This document shows positions 38,095-50,531 of a stretch of DNA of 64,000 nucleotides, piece by piece. Below the pieces are notes generated by a model, which made no database searches, had not been told where the DNA came from, and was given only the letters and a program-made list of their open reading frames with translations. Both the position numbers and the translations under genes were made by a program. Where the stretch lies: positions 7,502,001-7,566,000 of the forward strand of contig CM060733.1 in assembly GCA_030704615.1 (NCBI GenBank), written 5' to 3'. The stretch comes from Takakia lepidozioides (lineage: Eukaryota > Plantae > Bryophyta). The stretch's first letter is position 1. Each line of letters opens with the position of its first letter.

Positions 38095-41000
38095 ATGTGG
38101 ATTGCATCGTGTGCTGCGACTTGTTGCGCATCGTGTGCATGCGAGGCATGCAAGGGTGTGGTTAGCGGGATCTCCCGCCGCTCTGCGCGCATAGCCTACT
38201 GTGGCCTCTTCGCCTTATCTCTGATTGTTTCATGGCTGCTTCGGGATTTTGCCGGGCCCCTTCTTGCGAAGATTCCATGTAAGTGGTTGTTTGCTCTTGT
38301 TGTGGTACAGTCCCTAGCTCCCCTTGTGTGCCAGGAAGAAATTGACCCCGGATGGTACTAACATATACGAGAGCGAGAGAGAGAGAGAGAGTTCAACATT
38401 TTTGTAGAGGCTATCTCCACGCCAGCAACCGTGGTCCTTAACGGAATTGCCGCCTCAAATTTGGAGAAAGAGAATTAGGGATTGTTGTTCAGTCTCGATG
38501 GTTGCATGATCTGGTTTTCACTCAGTTGGATGAGGACTAGTTTTTGACGTGCCGAAACATAGTTGTCAAGGGTTTCTCGTTAAATTTTACTGTAGACTGC
38601 AACATGCTTTGTGAAGTTTCTAGCTTGATGAGTTCCGTTGCTGTGGGAAATCCGCTTTACTGTATGTTCTTAGTAAATTCCAGCTTTGGTTGGAACCCGA
38701 ATGGTCTGGTAAGGCGCCATAACCTGCCATGTAGTAAGGCAGTTGTGCTGTCTCCAAATTGGGTTCAATGCCTTCTCCAGTCAAGGATGAAGCTCCTCTT
38801 CCTCCTAATCTTGATCTTCTACATCCCTAGATGCAATGACCCACCAATTTGTCAGTACTTATTTTGACTGGCAGATGTGAGCTGATTGATGTGGGCATTC
38901 TAAACTCTATGAATGAGTGATGGGACGTTGTTTTGTTGGGGATACTAGGGATCAATACTTTCACAGAAACCCCTAGCATGGAGTGGTTTGCAACACAGGC
39001 AGTACTGCGCGTAAGCCTGGGAACTTTTTTGTTCTTTCTGCTGTTTGCGTTGGTGATGATTGGTGTGAAGGACCAGCGTGACCAGCGAGATGGGTGGCAC
39101 CATGGTGGCTGGATGTTGAAGATCGTCATGTGGTGTATCATGGTCATCCTCATGTTCTTCCTGCCCAATGGTGTGGTCAATGCTTATGGTCTGTATTGGG
39201 GTCTTCCTTCATCCCTTCTTTGTTTATTTTCTGTCAAATTACTCTTCCTCCAAAATGGGGTGGCTGTTGCCAAATGTCTGCACCAAGCAAGCCTAATCAG
39301 TACATGTTAAATCAGTTGTCTTTCTCCATGGTGGTTTGCCGTGTATGACATTAACCACTTGACACACAGAGTTTGTAAAAAAATTTATTGTAAAATAGGG
39401 GATTGCTGTCCACTGAAATGGTTCTTCTTTCTTCATAGATGCCTCTTTCCTCGCTGTATGAACTTTCATTAAGACTGTTGGATAACATAGAGGGAGGAAG
39501 GTAGATAGGCACAGTCACGTGAGAGTGGGAGCTTTAGTGTCTGTCTAGAATGTATGATGATAAGGACGTGTGCTGATTTATGGGGTTTTCCCTGTAGGCG
39601 GCGTATCAAGGTTCGGGTCAGGCTTGTTTCTTCTTGTCCAAGTCATCATCCTTCTGGATTTTACTCATAACTGGAATGCTGCCTGGGTTGCGATGGATGA
39701 ACAATTTTGGTTTGTTCCTCACCTTTGGTTCCCATCTTTCAATGACCTTCATTGGGTGGTTCGGTGATTTATCCTTCTCTTTCATATGGCACTCCCTGGT
39801 TTTGTGTTCTGAGCACCTTGTTTTGTTAGTGGAGTAAAGCTGATCCTGATTATCAATTCATGCTACCTTGTCCTTGAAATGTGTGTCTCAAGTTAGCCCC
39901 AACTCTCTCTCTCTCTCTCTCTCTCTCTGTCTATGAACTCTCTGTTGCATGAATAATGTCCCTAGTTTCCTGCTTAAGTGTCTCTGGCCTGAAGCTCCCA
40001 ACACGTGTTTCAGTACCTTCACGTCCTCCCCCCTTCAGACACTGAAGAGTGGATGGAGAATGTAGTTCCTGTAGCACAGGAAACTTGCAATGAAAATGAG
40101 GGATGAGGGATGTGATCTTAAGCGCATTTTAGGGATGTGTGATTGTAGGAATATCTGGTAGATGATGGTGGCTGAGAGGAGAGGGGCATGGGGGAGGGGC
40201 AGGTACATAGCATTGCTTGTGGTATCAGTCATATGCTATTTGGCAAGTTTTGCATTTTCTGGGCTGCTCTTCCATTGGTTCACTCCTTCAGGCGGCGACT
40301 GCCAGCTCAACACGTTCTTCATTGTTCTCACTCTCATTCTGGCTCTCTCTTTTGCCATCATCTCCCTCCATCCCCAGGTACATGTCTGCTCCTTACCCTC
40401 TACTTATTCCAGGAGTTACGTTGACCATATGATGGTAATTGGGTCTTGTTTGGGATGGCAGAACACTTGGTTGTTGGATGACTACATTGTTTCAGTTATC
40501 GTCTCTATGTTATTCCAGGACCACCACCAGTCATTGCAAAGCCTCCTGATTTGTACACCAGTTTTTCCTAGTAGTAAAGTTTAAACTTAGACTCGTCTTT
40601 GGGTTGGAATTGGCAGGTGAATGGGAGCCTCTTGCCTGCTGCAGTGATTTCGGTTTACTGCACTTACTTGTGCTACAGTGCGTTGGCTAGCGAACCACGT
40701 GGATATGAGTGCAATGGCCTACACAAACACATCGCTGCGGTGTCGACAGGAACACTTGTTTTGGGGATGGTCACAACCATCCTTTCAGTTGTCTATTCTG
40801 CTGTGCGCGCGGGGTCTTCCACCACCTTCCTCTCCCCTCCATCATCTCCAACGGCCGGTGGGTCTCCCATGCCTTCTATTCACATTGATTATAGATGTGA
40901 CAGAGAAGCTGAGCCTATTAGTCTCAATAACCATGTACCTATTGCTCTATATAGAAGAACTAGGGATATATCAAGCTATGGATTTTGACATACCTGACGC

Positions 41001-41347
41001 TGTTTGGATGGGCAGGGACTTCACGCAAGCCGTTGTTGACAGCAGATGATTTGGAAGAGGGCACTGACGAGGATAATGAGCCAATAAGGCGCGGTGGTCG
41101 GCACAGCAAGGAGCCACGCCCCGTCACATATGTGTACAGCTTTTTCCACTTAATCTTTGCGCTTGCTAGCATGTATTCGGCCATGCTACTGACGGGCTGG
41201 GGGAACGCCAATGTGGCCGAGAAGGATATCATTGATGTGGGCTGGCCTTCTGTATGGGTTCGCATCTGCACCCAGTGGATCACGGCCGCCCTATACATCT
41301 GGTCTCTGGTTGCTCCCCAGATCTTTCCAGACCGTGATTTCTCATAG
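38095..41347 (+). CDS. SERINC: Serine incorporator (Serinc/TMS/TDE) membrane protein; exons 38095-38278, 38949-39188, 39598-39709, 40203-40377, 40617-40857, 41016-41347
   Basis: Cys-rich MWIASCAATCCASCAC, SARIAYCGLF, AVLRVSLG, HHGGWMLK, LLDFTHNWN, GSLLPAAVISVYCTYLCYSAL, YSFFHLIFALASMYSAMLLTGW, PDRDFS*. Confidence 0.95.
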
Positions 41348-42091
41348 ATGGCCTCGAACTTACCTTGTAGCTGGTGCGTGGCCCTGATCTCCAAGCTTGT
41401 GAAGTTAGCACAAAGTGAAGCCTATGTGTATCTGCTTTGAGTCACTAGCCAGCCTGGCCATCTCCATGAAAAAGATGCATTAAAAGATTTGGTGTTGTAC
41501 TTCACTGGTTAAGTGTTAGTGCCCTGTGGGTATTCTGGGGTCCCATCTCAAGTTTGGTCTGTTGTGGTCTTCAGTGCAATGGGATCTTATGTATGAAAAG
41601 CTTTTGTAAATAAAACTCTGTATGATGCTGAACCAGAAGAAGAGGCTCAAACTATATAAAGCTGGCTGCTCTAGTGATTGGAGATTTCATGGGCATATGT
41701 ATGTGATACCAAAGATTTGGTAGTTTGGATGAGTGTATCAGAGTTTGTATAACATCATTTGTCTTCTGTGGTACATCACTCCAGTTAATGTGTCCCCCAC
41801 AAGCATATTGCCTCTTAGCAGGCAGCTTGTCCTACAAGTAGTTCTAGAAGCCTGGGCTCTTATCTCACGGTCTTCACTTTACCGCCTTTCTAGCCTGGTG
41901 GACATGGTGGTTTGGGTATTGTGCCTTGCCTGTGCTCAACTAGGGTAATGCAGGGAAATGTCACAGAATAGTATGTCTTGTGAATTTGTGTTGGGGGGGA
42001 AGCTTCATGTGGATGTTGAACAATCTTTTATCCTAAAACCAAAACAGTATGTAAAAGGAGTGAAACATTTTCAGACAGACCAATCCTTGAT

Positions 42092-44521
42092 TCAGCAGTT
42101 TTGAGTCTCCTGGTCCAGCATTGCAGGCTCCCATATATGGAGAGCTTTGTCATAAAAGGAGCAAGTGGCTACCAGACTTCTCAAACCCCTGGTCCTATCT
42201 TCCTTGCCCATACATTTCTCCCTGCTCTCCTTTGAAACTCTTGCATTCTGCATGTCATCTCTCTCCTCAACTATCAGCAGTTCATCCCTCTCACAACTTA
42301 CATCTCCTCCAGCTGGGGGGTCCTTTCCACTCCGAAATGGTTCAAGGTATTGTGTTAAAGACACAGCAACTGTACAGTTCTCAGGATCTGATATGCTGCT
42401 GCCAGTGCATCTTGTAGAATCCGCCGTATTTCCCCAGTTGCCTTTATACCAATCAGCACCATAAGCCAGGGATTCATGCCCCTTGTATTCTTCAACCACT
42501 TTCATTCCCTCTCCGTCAACACTGATGATAGCGAAACCATTATGCATACAGGCAGCTAGCACGAGACTCCTATCAAAGGGGTGCCATTTCAGTCTCCAAA
42601 CCCCACCACCTAACCCCAACTCAATCTTCAAAAGAGGACTTTGGATCATTCTCATATCCCACAGCCTGAGACTCTCATCATAACTCCCTGTCACAGTAAT
42701 GTGCTCATGCTGTGGGTTGCTCTGCACACTGCAAACGCCCATCTGGTGGGAGTTTTTATTTCGAAAAATGGGAGAATACGAGTCTTCTCTCAAATCCCAC
42801 CCACAGAAATGGCAATCATCTGCCCCACTGTACAACAAGTTGGGTTGCCGAGTGTCATAGGAAGTGGTCCAAGTTTCAAACCCATGCGCCCGCCAGCTCA
42901 TTGTCACCACAGGGTCTGATTGTCCCACATCCATGACACTAATTGAACCATCAGAGTGGCTCACAGCTATTTGAGACTCAGAGGACACTGGGCTCCAGTC
43001 GAGAGAGAGACACATCGAGGAATCAACCTCCAGCATTGCTGTCTCATGGAGTGCAAGCCCATTACCTGCATAACCTGCAGGTCAACTATTTCTGATTCAA
43101 TTGTGCTACTTGACCTGCTCAGCATTCTTCAAGCAAGTTCTGGTGAATCTCCTAGAAGCCACTAGTCACAATTTCTGGCTAAAAATGACAAAAACATACA
43201 TCAATTCGGGCTGGAGAAAGCTGTTGGTTGCAATGTTGAAGCTGGAATTAGGCCACTAACGAGCTGCATGGGATCTCACTTCATCCAGGTGTTCGACCAC
43301 TCAACGACTGGGATAGCATCCCACAATCTAATGAATCTTGTTCCTATATGTTGTGCATTTTGTGTTTGATGAAACTTTGTATGACTTTATTTACAACATG
43401 TACAATGGGTGAATGTACATAGGATTGTGAAGTTCCCAAAGAGGGGGAGGAACAAGAAGTAGGAGGAAGAAAACAAGCTATAGTAAGCTACTCAACCAGA
43501 ACGACCCTCCCAGCCAACAGCCTGGAGGAGATCAGGCACAGAGATAGGCAAAGTGTCAGGCATAGGCGGAAATGAGATGATGCGGAGCCAGCCACATCAG
43601 CCTGATGCAAAATAGATATGGCTTGTGCTCTTTGTAGCACAACTGAAACATGTTGTCGATAGTATGCCACAAGGACGGAGGCATGCAGAATGCCAATGGA
43701 CTTGCTCTACGCTGCATGATGTGCACATGTCCGAAGGAAGTCGTCGAAGTGCCTATGCAAGGAGCCAAATATCTCGACCGCCAGCGGAAGAAATCCATCG
43801 GTGCATATACCCAGCATCCCGAGCGGATATGTTACCTTGCGCAGCTACCACACCGGGCACGGCAGAAGTTGTTGCAGCTCAGGCCAAGGAGCGCAACTAT
43901 AGAGATCTTCACCCCACCGACGGATTTCTTCAGTTGCGCTGCAGAGAGCACAAGCCATATCTATTTTGCGTTGGGCCGATGTGGCTGGCTCCGCATCATC
44001 TCATCTTCCGCCTATACATGACACTTTGCCTATTTCTTTGCCTAATCTCCTCCAAGCTGTTGGCTAGGAGGGTCGTTGTGGTTGAGTAGCTTACTATAGC
44101 TTTTGTTTCCTTCCTCTTACTCATGGTTCATCCTCGGCTTTTGGGAAGTGTTTCCTAAAACGTAGAAGTAAAAGAAGAAGAAGGTGAAGAATGAAGAGGG
44201 GTAGGCACATGCATCACCTTCACGTAATGCGTATAGGTGAACAGTGCCATCAGCGCTCGCCTGTCCAAGGCATGGAGATATGCTGCCCTCTGAAAGCTTC
44301 CATTTGATATCGAAAATTCCCGAAGTCTCAGTATACTGCAGTCGCTCGAGGGCCTCCAAGCTTTCATCAACGGAAAAGAGATAGAGGCCGCCCACGCGTG
44401 TAGGGGTAGGGCCTTCCTGCAGAGTGTAGGAAGCCGCCGCCAGGACATGCAAATAAGGAGGGGTGCTACAGAACTCAACTGCATCTGCATTCCCCTCAAG
44501 CTCCGTGCACAATGGTGCCAT
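42092..44521 (-). CDS. DPH7: Diphthine methylesterase / WDR85 WD40 protein; exons 44521-44218, 43074-42092
   Basis: NADAVEFC, ASYTL, GIFDIKW, MCLSLDW, AHGFETW, TGSYDE, GGGVWRLKWHP, LAACMHNGF, HESLAYGADW, ATCSFYD. Phase-1 intron is compatible. Confidence 0.93.
43463..44116. mobile_element. Two head-to-head 3' fragments of a CRE-like (restriction-endonuclease-type) non-LTR retrotransposon forming a ~185-bp-arm inverted repeat in the DPH7 intron
   Basis: Arms ~43463-43646 and ~43929-44116 are reverse complements. Translations AQAKERNYRDLHPTDGFL and DGFLPLAVEIFGSLH...YRQHVSVVLQRAQAISIL resemble the K..KY...F.P.a.Et.G...S..LQR.nA C-terminus of CRE elements. Confidence 0.72.
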
Positions 44522-45493
44522 TTGCTAAACCCTAAACCTTGAGACTGTTCCACTGACCTTCACAGTGCGTGATGCTGCAAGAGGAAGAACGTGTGCGCTT
44601 GAAGATCACTGTGTGAAAGTGTGTGTTCCGCTTGTGTACACACGAGATGTTGGTGTCCTTCCTTGCCATCCATTTCTCTTCGAAGGCCTGCAAAGCATGC
44701 GGACTTGCATGAGCTGTACATCGATGCACCTAAACTGCATGCTCCTGAGACCTATGCCTCCATTTCAACAAAGAGTGCCTAGTGTAGAATCCTCCCACAA
44801 CGTGCACCACCATGTCGATTAAGAGATTGTTCCACCCGAGCACCACACTTTAGGTAACAAGCGGGTCTCCTCGCTCCAATTGCCTTCACCACAAGCCAAT
44901 GAAAATTGGGCGATGCTCTAGAAGAGTCACCTGGCCATCGCATCGAAAACACAACTAGAACGTCTCCCACCAAATAATCTGGAGTCTCGTCAACCCCCAG
45001 ATCCACTTCTCAGCAAGCTCCGCATCGCTGAAGCCGTGCGACCGATTTGGGGTGCAACCCTTGAAAGTGAGTGAGTCTTTCGTACTCGCATGATGGATAT
45101 ATGCTTCTCTTCGGGACTCTTTGTTCCAAAGGTTTGAAAAGTAGTTTGAAGCAAGGTGTGTACGTGTGTACACATAGCTTTCGAGTGTCACTTTGACAGG
45201 AATTCTCTTAAGACTAGTGATGGTATAGCTACGGTCTTTTGTGGACGTTTTTCTTGTGGCTGTCCTACAAAAATGACAAGGGTTGTTCTTGACAGGAGAG
45301 TTCTAAATGTTCTGTTGTGATGTCTGAGCTTCGTCAAAGATGGTGGAAAATCTGGACTGTCAAAGATGGCAGACAAGTCGGCTCCCAGCACCGGACATAC
45401 TGCCCTTTTTATGGGACACACTCTCAGTCCAGAAGGCTCTTGTTCTTGAGCGATCATGGTGCAAAATCACTCTCTCTTCTTGCTTAATGATGT

Positions 45494-48400
45494 ATGGGCC
45501 AACTTGATGTGCTGGCTATTGGAGACCACCCACTTGTCCTCATGAGAGGAGTGGCAAATGCATTTGGCAATCGAGGTGAAGAAGGAGCAGCCATGACAGC
45601 GATAGTGTATGCATGGCATTTGTGGGGAGCATACCTGCCTTCTTCTCCACATGCTCTCGAGGCATCTCGGGGTGCCTTGACAAGCCTCCCCGAGTCTATG
45701 GTGCTTGCAAGCCTGGCACTGCTCAAAGCTTCAAGAAGGCCTGGGCTCGACAATCTGGACGCTCTTCTGTGTTTCCCTGATTGCATTGCATTGAGATTCG
45801 TTTCAAATAGTTTCAATCCAATTGTGGGACAGTGGAGACGAATTGTGGAGGAGAAGGTTTATAAACAGGAGAATGAGGAAGGAGGGAACTTTGAGAGGCC
45901 ATGTCGGCCTGTGGTGACATTCAGCAAGGAAGCTGCCAATACAGACACATATCCCAATCTCGAAATTCCAGACCTGGAGAAGCTTTGGATCGAATATACT
46001 CCAAAACCCCTACAATGCTGGGACACTATATGCAGTAAGGTGAATATCTGCTATGTTACAGCAGAGGCAGAGAACGACATGCATGGGAAAACTTTCGCGC
46101 AGTATTGATAGCACCCAACAACACATACACACAGTCTCTCTCCGTTTTCTGAAGTCTTGCCACCAATGCTGTATTTGGATCCATTGTTTTGGACGGAGGG
46201 ATGGGGGGTTTTCTCTGTAAATATGGGCTGTCATGTCCAGCTACTGATATCTAATGGAGGCAGGGGTGGAGTGTGGGTGCAGATCAAAGGATCGAATTTT
46301 GAGCACAAGAGTACCGACGAGGCATTGACGATGACTAGCTACGAGAAACATGTGTGGGTAGCTGCGCAATTGGAGAATCTGGAAGCAGCTAGTCAAAATT
46401 CTGTGGTGAGCCCTAGTGGACAGGAATCATCAGGCAGCTTACAGTATGACAGTCCCACTCTTTTACAGATTGAGACCTCCGCGAGTGCTGATTCTTCTTT
46501 GTTTGTTGCGTGGGTGTTCTAATTGGTTCTCTTATCATGATTTTCATGAGGGAGACAGTGAAGCACCTGTTGCTTATGGCTAGGAGCACATCTTGAATGA
46601 GAGGCATTTACTTCTCTGCCTTAGGCCGAAACGGAGCAGAAATGGTGTGAGTGGGCGGGTGCACCAAGAGCTACACATCTTGAATGAGGGGACATCTACT
46701 TCTCTGTCTTAGACAGAAATGTTGTGAATTGGCGGGTGCACCAATTTTTCAAGTGTGGAAGTGATCACAGTTATCAGAAGCGATTCTTAATCCGTGCATA
46801 AATGCACACTAATGGTCTTGCCCCTGGTGCTCAAGTTGGCAATGTTTTCAAATGTTTGTTCTGTGATGTGGAAGGGTAATCAACAAGAAAAATCTTGTTA
46901 ATATATAGCAAGGAGCTGGTCCTCAGGAAGACTTCTTTCTAGATGCATGTAGGAGGATGTAATTTCTTGGGGTTAGGGTTTGACGGTTTGTAACTAGGAG
47001 TTTGGAGTCATGCAGGATTGTTGGGTGGAAACAGGCACAGTTGTGTGAATCATCTACCTCCACCATGTCCACTGCTTTTGAAAGAGGACCAACGGAGGGA
47101 GTCAACAAAAACTATTCTGGCACTCATGGGGATATCAGGACACTATGTAAGGCAGGACATCTAAAAGAGGCACTGCATATTTTGAACCAAGGATGTATTC
47201 TGGCAGACTCCAACACTTACACCTTCGTGTTGCAGGAATGTGTTAAGAGTAAAAGCCTAGCAGAAGGAAAGCAGGTGCATGCTCACCTTATCCGAAGTGG
47301 ATTCAAGCCGGATGTCTCCCTACTTAACGCCCTTGTCAACATGTATGCCAAGTGTGGAAGTGTGGTTGATGCACGCTTAGTGTTTGACAAAATGACTGAA
47401 CGTGATATGTTCACCTGGAATATACTGCTGGCAGGATATGCCAAGCATGGTTGTGGTAGGGAGGCCTTAAAGATGTATGAGCAAATGATACAGGAACGGG
47501 TGACTCCAAACAGGGTCACGTTCATTTGTGTTCTCAAGGCATGTGCGAGCCTGGGAGACTTGGAAAAGGGCAAACAGGTGCAAGCTGAGGTAGTCAAATA
47601 TGGAATTGCACCAGATATCATTGTGGAGACTGCCCTTGCTGCCATGTATGCTAAATGTGGGAACATGAAGGATGCTCATGAAGTCTTTGACAATATGGCT
47701 AAACGAAATGTGGTATCATGGAGTGTGATGATTGCAGGATACGCCAAACGTGGGTATGGTAGGGAGGCTTTGTTGATGTATGAGCAAATGATGAGGGAAG
47801 GGGTGACCCCTGACAGGGTTACATTCATTTCTGTTCTCAATGCATGTGCCTCCCTGGCAGCCCTGGAAAAGGGCAAAGAGGTCCATGCCGCCGTCATCAA
47901 AGCTGGAATTGCCGGAGATATCATTCTGGATACTGCCCTTGCTGACATGTATGCCAAATGTGGGAGCATAAAGGATGCACACCAAGTATTTGACAATATG
48001 ACTCAACGAAATGTGTTTTCATGGAATGCGATGATCGCAGGATATGCTCAGCATGGGTACGGTGGGGAAGCCCTGCAACTACTTGACCAAATGCAAAAGG
48101 ACGGTTTGAAACCGGATGTGGTGTCATGGAACGGCCTGATTGCTGGATATACTAAACATAGGTGTGGTAGGGAGGCTTTGGCAATTTATGAGCGGATGAT
48201 ACAGGAAGGAGTGATGCCTGACAGGGTCACGTTCATTTGCATTCTCAGTGCATGTGCCAGTCTGGCAGCCCTGGGAAAGGGCAAAGAGGTCCATGCTGAC
48301 ATTATCAAAGCTGGAATTCCCCGAGATGCCATTCTGGATACTGCCCTTACTGACATGTATGCCAAATGTGGGAGCATGAAGGATGCACGTCTAGTGTTTG

Positions 48401-49752
48401 ACAATATTGCTCGAGGAGATGTAGTGTCATGGAATTCAATGATCGCAGGATATGCTCAGCATGGGTGTGGCAGGGAGGCATTGCAACTATTTGAACAAAT
48501 GCAACAGGAAGGCTTGAAGCGGGACATTTTCTCATGGAACGCTGTGATCACAGGATACTCTCAGCATGGGTTTGGTAGGGAGGCTTTGGCAATGTATGAG
48601 CAAATGGTTCGGGAACAGGTGACCCCTGACAGGGTCACATTCGTCTGTGTCCTCAATGCTTGTGCTAGCCTGGCAGCCCTGGAAACGGGCAAGGAGGTCC
48701 ATGCTGACATCATCAAAACTGGAATTCCGTCCTATGTAAATTTGGATAATACCCTTGTTGACATGTATGCCAAATGTGGGAGCATGAAGGATGCACATAA
48801 AGTGTTTGACAATATGGTTGAACGAAATGTGGTCTCATGGAGTGCAATGATTACAGGATATGCTCAGCATGGTTGTGGTAGGGAGGCCCTGCAACTCTTC
48901 GAACGAATGCAACAGGAAGGCTTAAATCCAGATGGTATCACATTCATATCTCTTCTCTCTGCATGTAGCCATGTGGGCCTAGTTGATGAAGGACACCACT
49001 ACTTCGATTCTATGAGTCGAGATCATGCCCTCACTCCGACAGTGGACCATTTTGGTTGCATGGTGGACCTTCTTGGCCGTGCAGGACGATTGGATGAGGC
49101 AGAGGACTTCATTAACCAAATGCCAATTGAACCAGATGATTCAGTGTGGCGGACTTTGCTTGGTGCCTGCAGACTTCATGACAATGTGAAGCTAGCAAAA
49201 CGTGCAGCAAAACGCCTACTCAAATTAGAACCACAGGATGCTGCAACTTATGTGCTGCTATCGAACATCTATGCTGCAGCTGGCAAGTGGAATGCCCAAG
49301 CAAGGGTGAGGAAAATGATGAAGGACAGAGGTGTCAGAAAGGTGCCAGGGCACAGCTGCATTGAGGTGGACAACAAGGTGCATACATTTGTAGTTGATGA
49401 CAGAGTGCATCCACTAATTGAGGAAATCCATGCTAGGCTGAAGAAATTATCTTGGCAGATGAAGAAGGCTGGGTATGTGCCTGACACGCGCTTTGTATTG
49501 CATGATGTGGAGGACGAGATCAAGGAATTTTCTCTCTGCTACCACAGTGAGAAGTTGGCCATTGCCTTCGGGCTCATCAGCACGCCCCCTGGGACGCCCA
49601 TCCACATCATAAAGAACCTTCGGGTGTGTGGTGACTGCCACACGGCTACCAAGTTCATTTCAAAAATTGTTAAGCGAGCAATTGTTGTTAGGGATGCCAG
49701 CCGTTTTCACCACTTCCAAGAAGGAACTTGTTCTTGTGGGGATTACTGGTGA
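45494..49752 (+). CDS. PLS-class PPR-E-DYW editing factor with an N-terminal degenerate OSB-PDF motif (paralog D); model exons 45494-46039, 46283-46405, 47035-49752 (~1128 aa)
   Basis: Intact HSEKLA...CGDC...DYW. Junctions AAG|GTGAAT, GTGCAG|ATC, GTG|GTGAGC and AAACAG|GCA are all phase 0 and give one open frame. The true 5' start is uncertain. Confidence 0.9.
46585..46745. repeat. ~85-bp tandem duplication within the paralog D intron
   Basis: CACATCTTGAATGAG...TACTTCTCTG...CAGAAATG.TGTGA.T.GGCGGGTGCACCAA occurs twice. Confidence 0.85.
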
Positions 49753-50531
49753 GCTGAAGCTCACGGGGTGAGGGTGGAAAGGTGCTAAATTGTCCTTAAA
49801 TGATAAACTTAAGTTGAAAGAAACATGTTGAGGACTGGATCTTATTGATCTCTAGTGTTGGTGAAGACAGGAGAGTTTGAGAGATCTGTGAAAGAGATCC
49901 ATGAAACTATAAGATGATGGGGGCTAGTAAGTTCCAGACACCCAACTACAATCAGTCGAGCAGGAGACTCCCAAGCAAAACCAGTCGGCAATTTGGCCCA
50001 TTTGGCTCTGACCCATCTATTGTTACTCTTGGATGCATTCTGGAATGGAAATCCTAAATCGCCAGATGGGGTCGGAAAGGCCCTTCGAGCACAATGATGT
50101 GACCAGCAGCAATATTTGTGGTCTTTCGAACATTGTGTTGTGAAGTGAGATTGCTATATGCAATCCTCCCTTCATATCGCATGAAAAGTGGGAAGCACCT
50201 GTATGGCAGTTGAGGGGCCTTTCCCTCGAACCAAAGTGCTCCGTGTCTGAAGAAGGAAACCAACTACATAACTCTGAACAAAAGGGTCACCAGAGCGGGT
50301 GTTGAGGATGGTGTTCAGCGGATGTATGAATAATCGACACGTCTCGCCTTTGTCTCTTTGACGAAGGATCTTGTAGAGCAATCCTGGTATTGATGTGATC
50401 TTCCTCTTGCTCGCTGAGCTCCTTTGCGGGATTCATAACTGTACCTGCATTAAGTAGGATGTGAATACTCCACTGTCTTCGCCATGGAGACAAGGCCTGG
50501 AACGATCATGGGTTGTTCGCATCCGTTTGTC

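Noticed and set aside
46223-46282. MGC.. N-terminus (myristoylation/palmitoylation) and a conserved VWVQ peptide
   Set aside because: These lie in the intron/acceptor before the PDF exon; other copies lack the ATG or have an in-frame stop.
49330-49752. U-to-C (DYW:KP, GRP/DRH) editing class
   Set aside because: All domains have a PG box, HSE and a DYW end, i.e. the C-to-U type.
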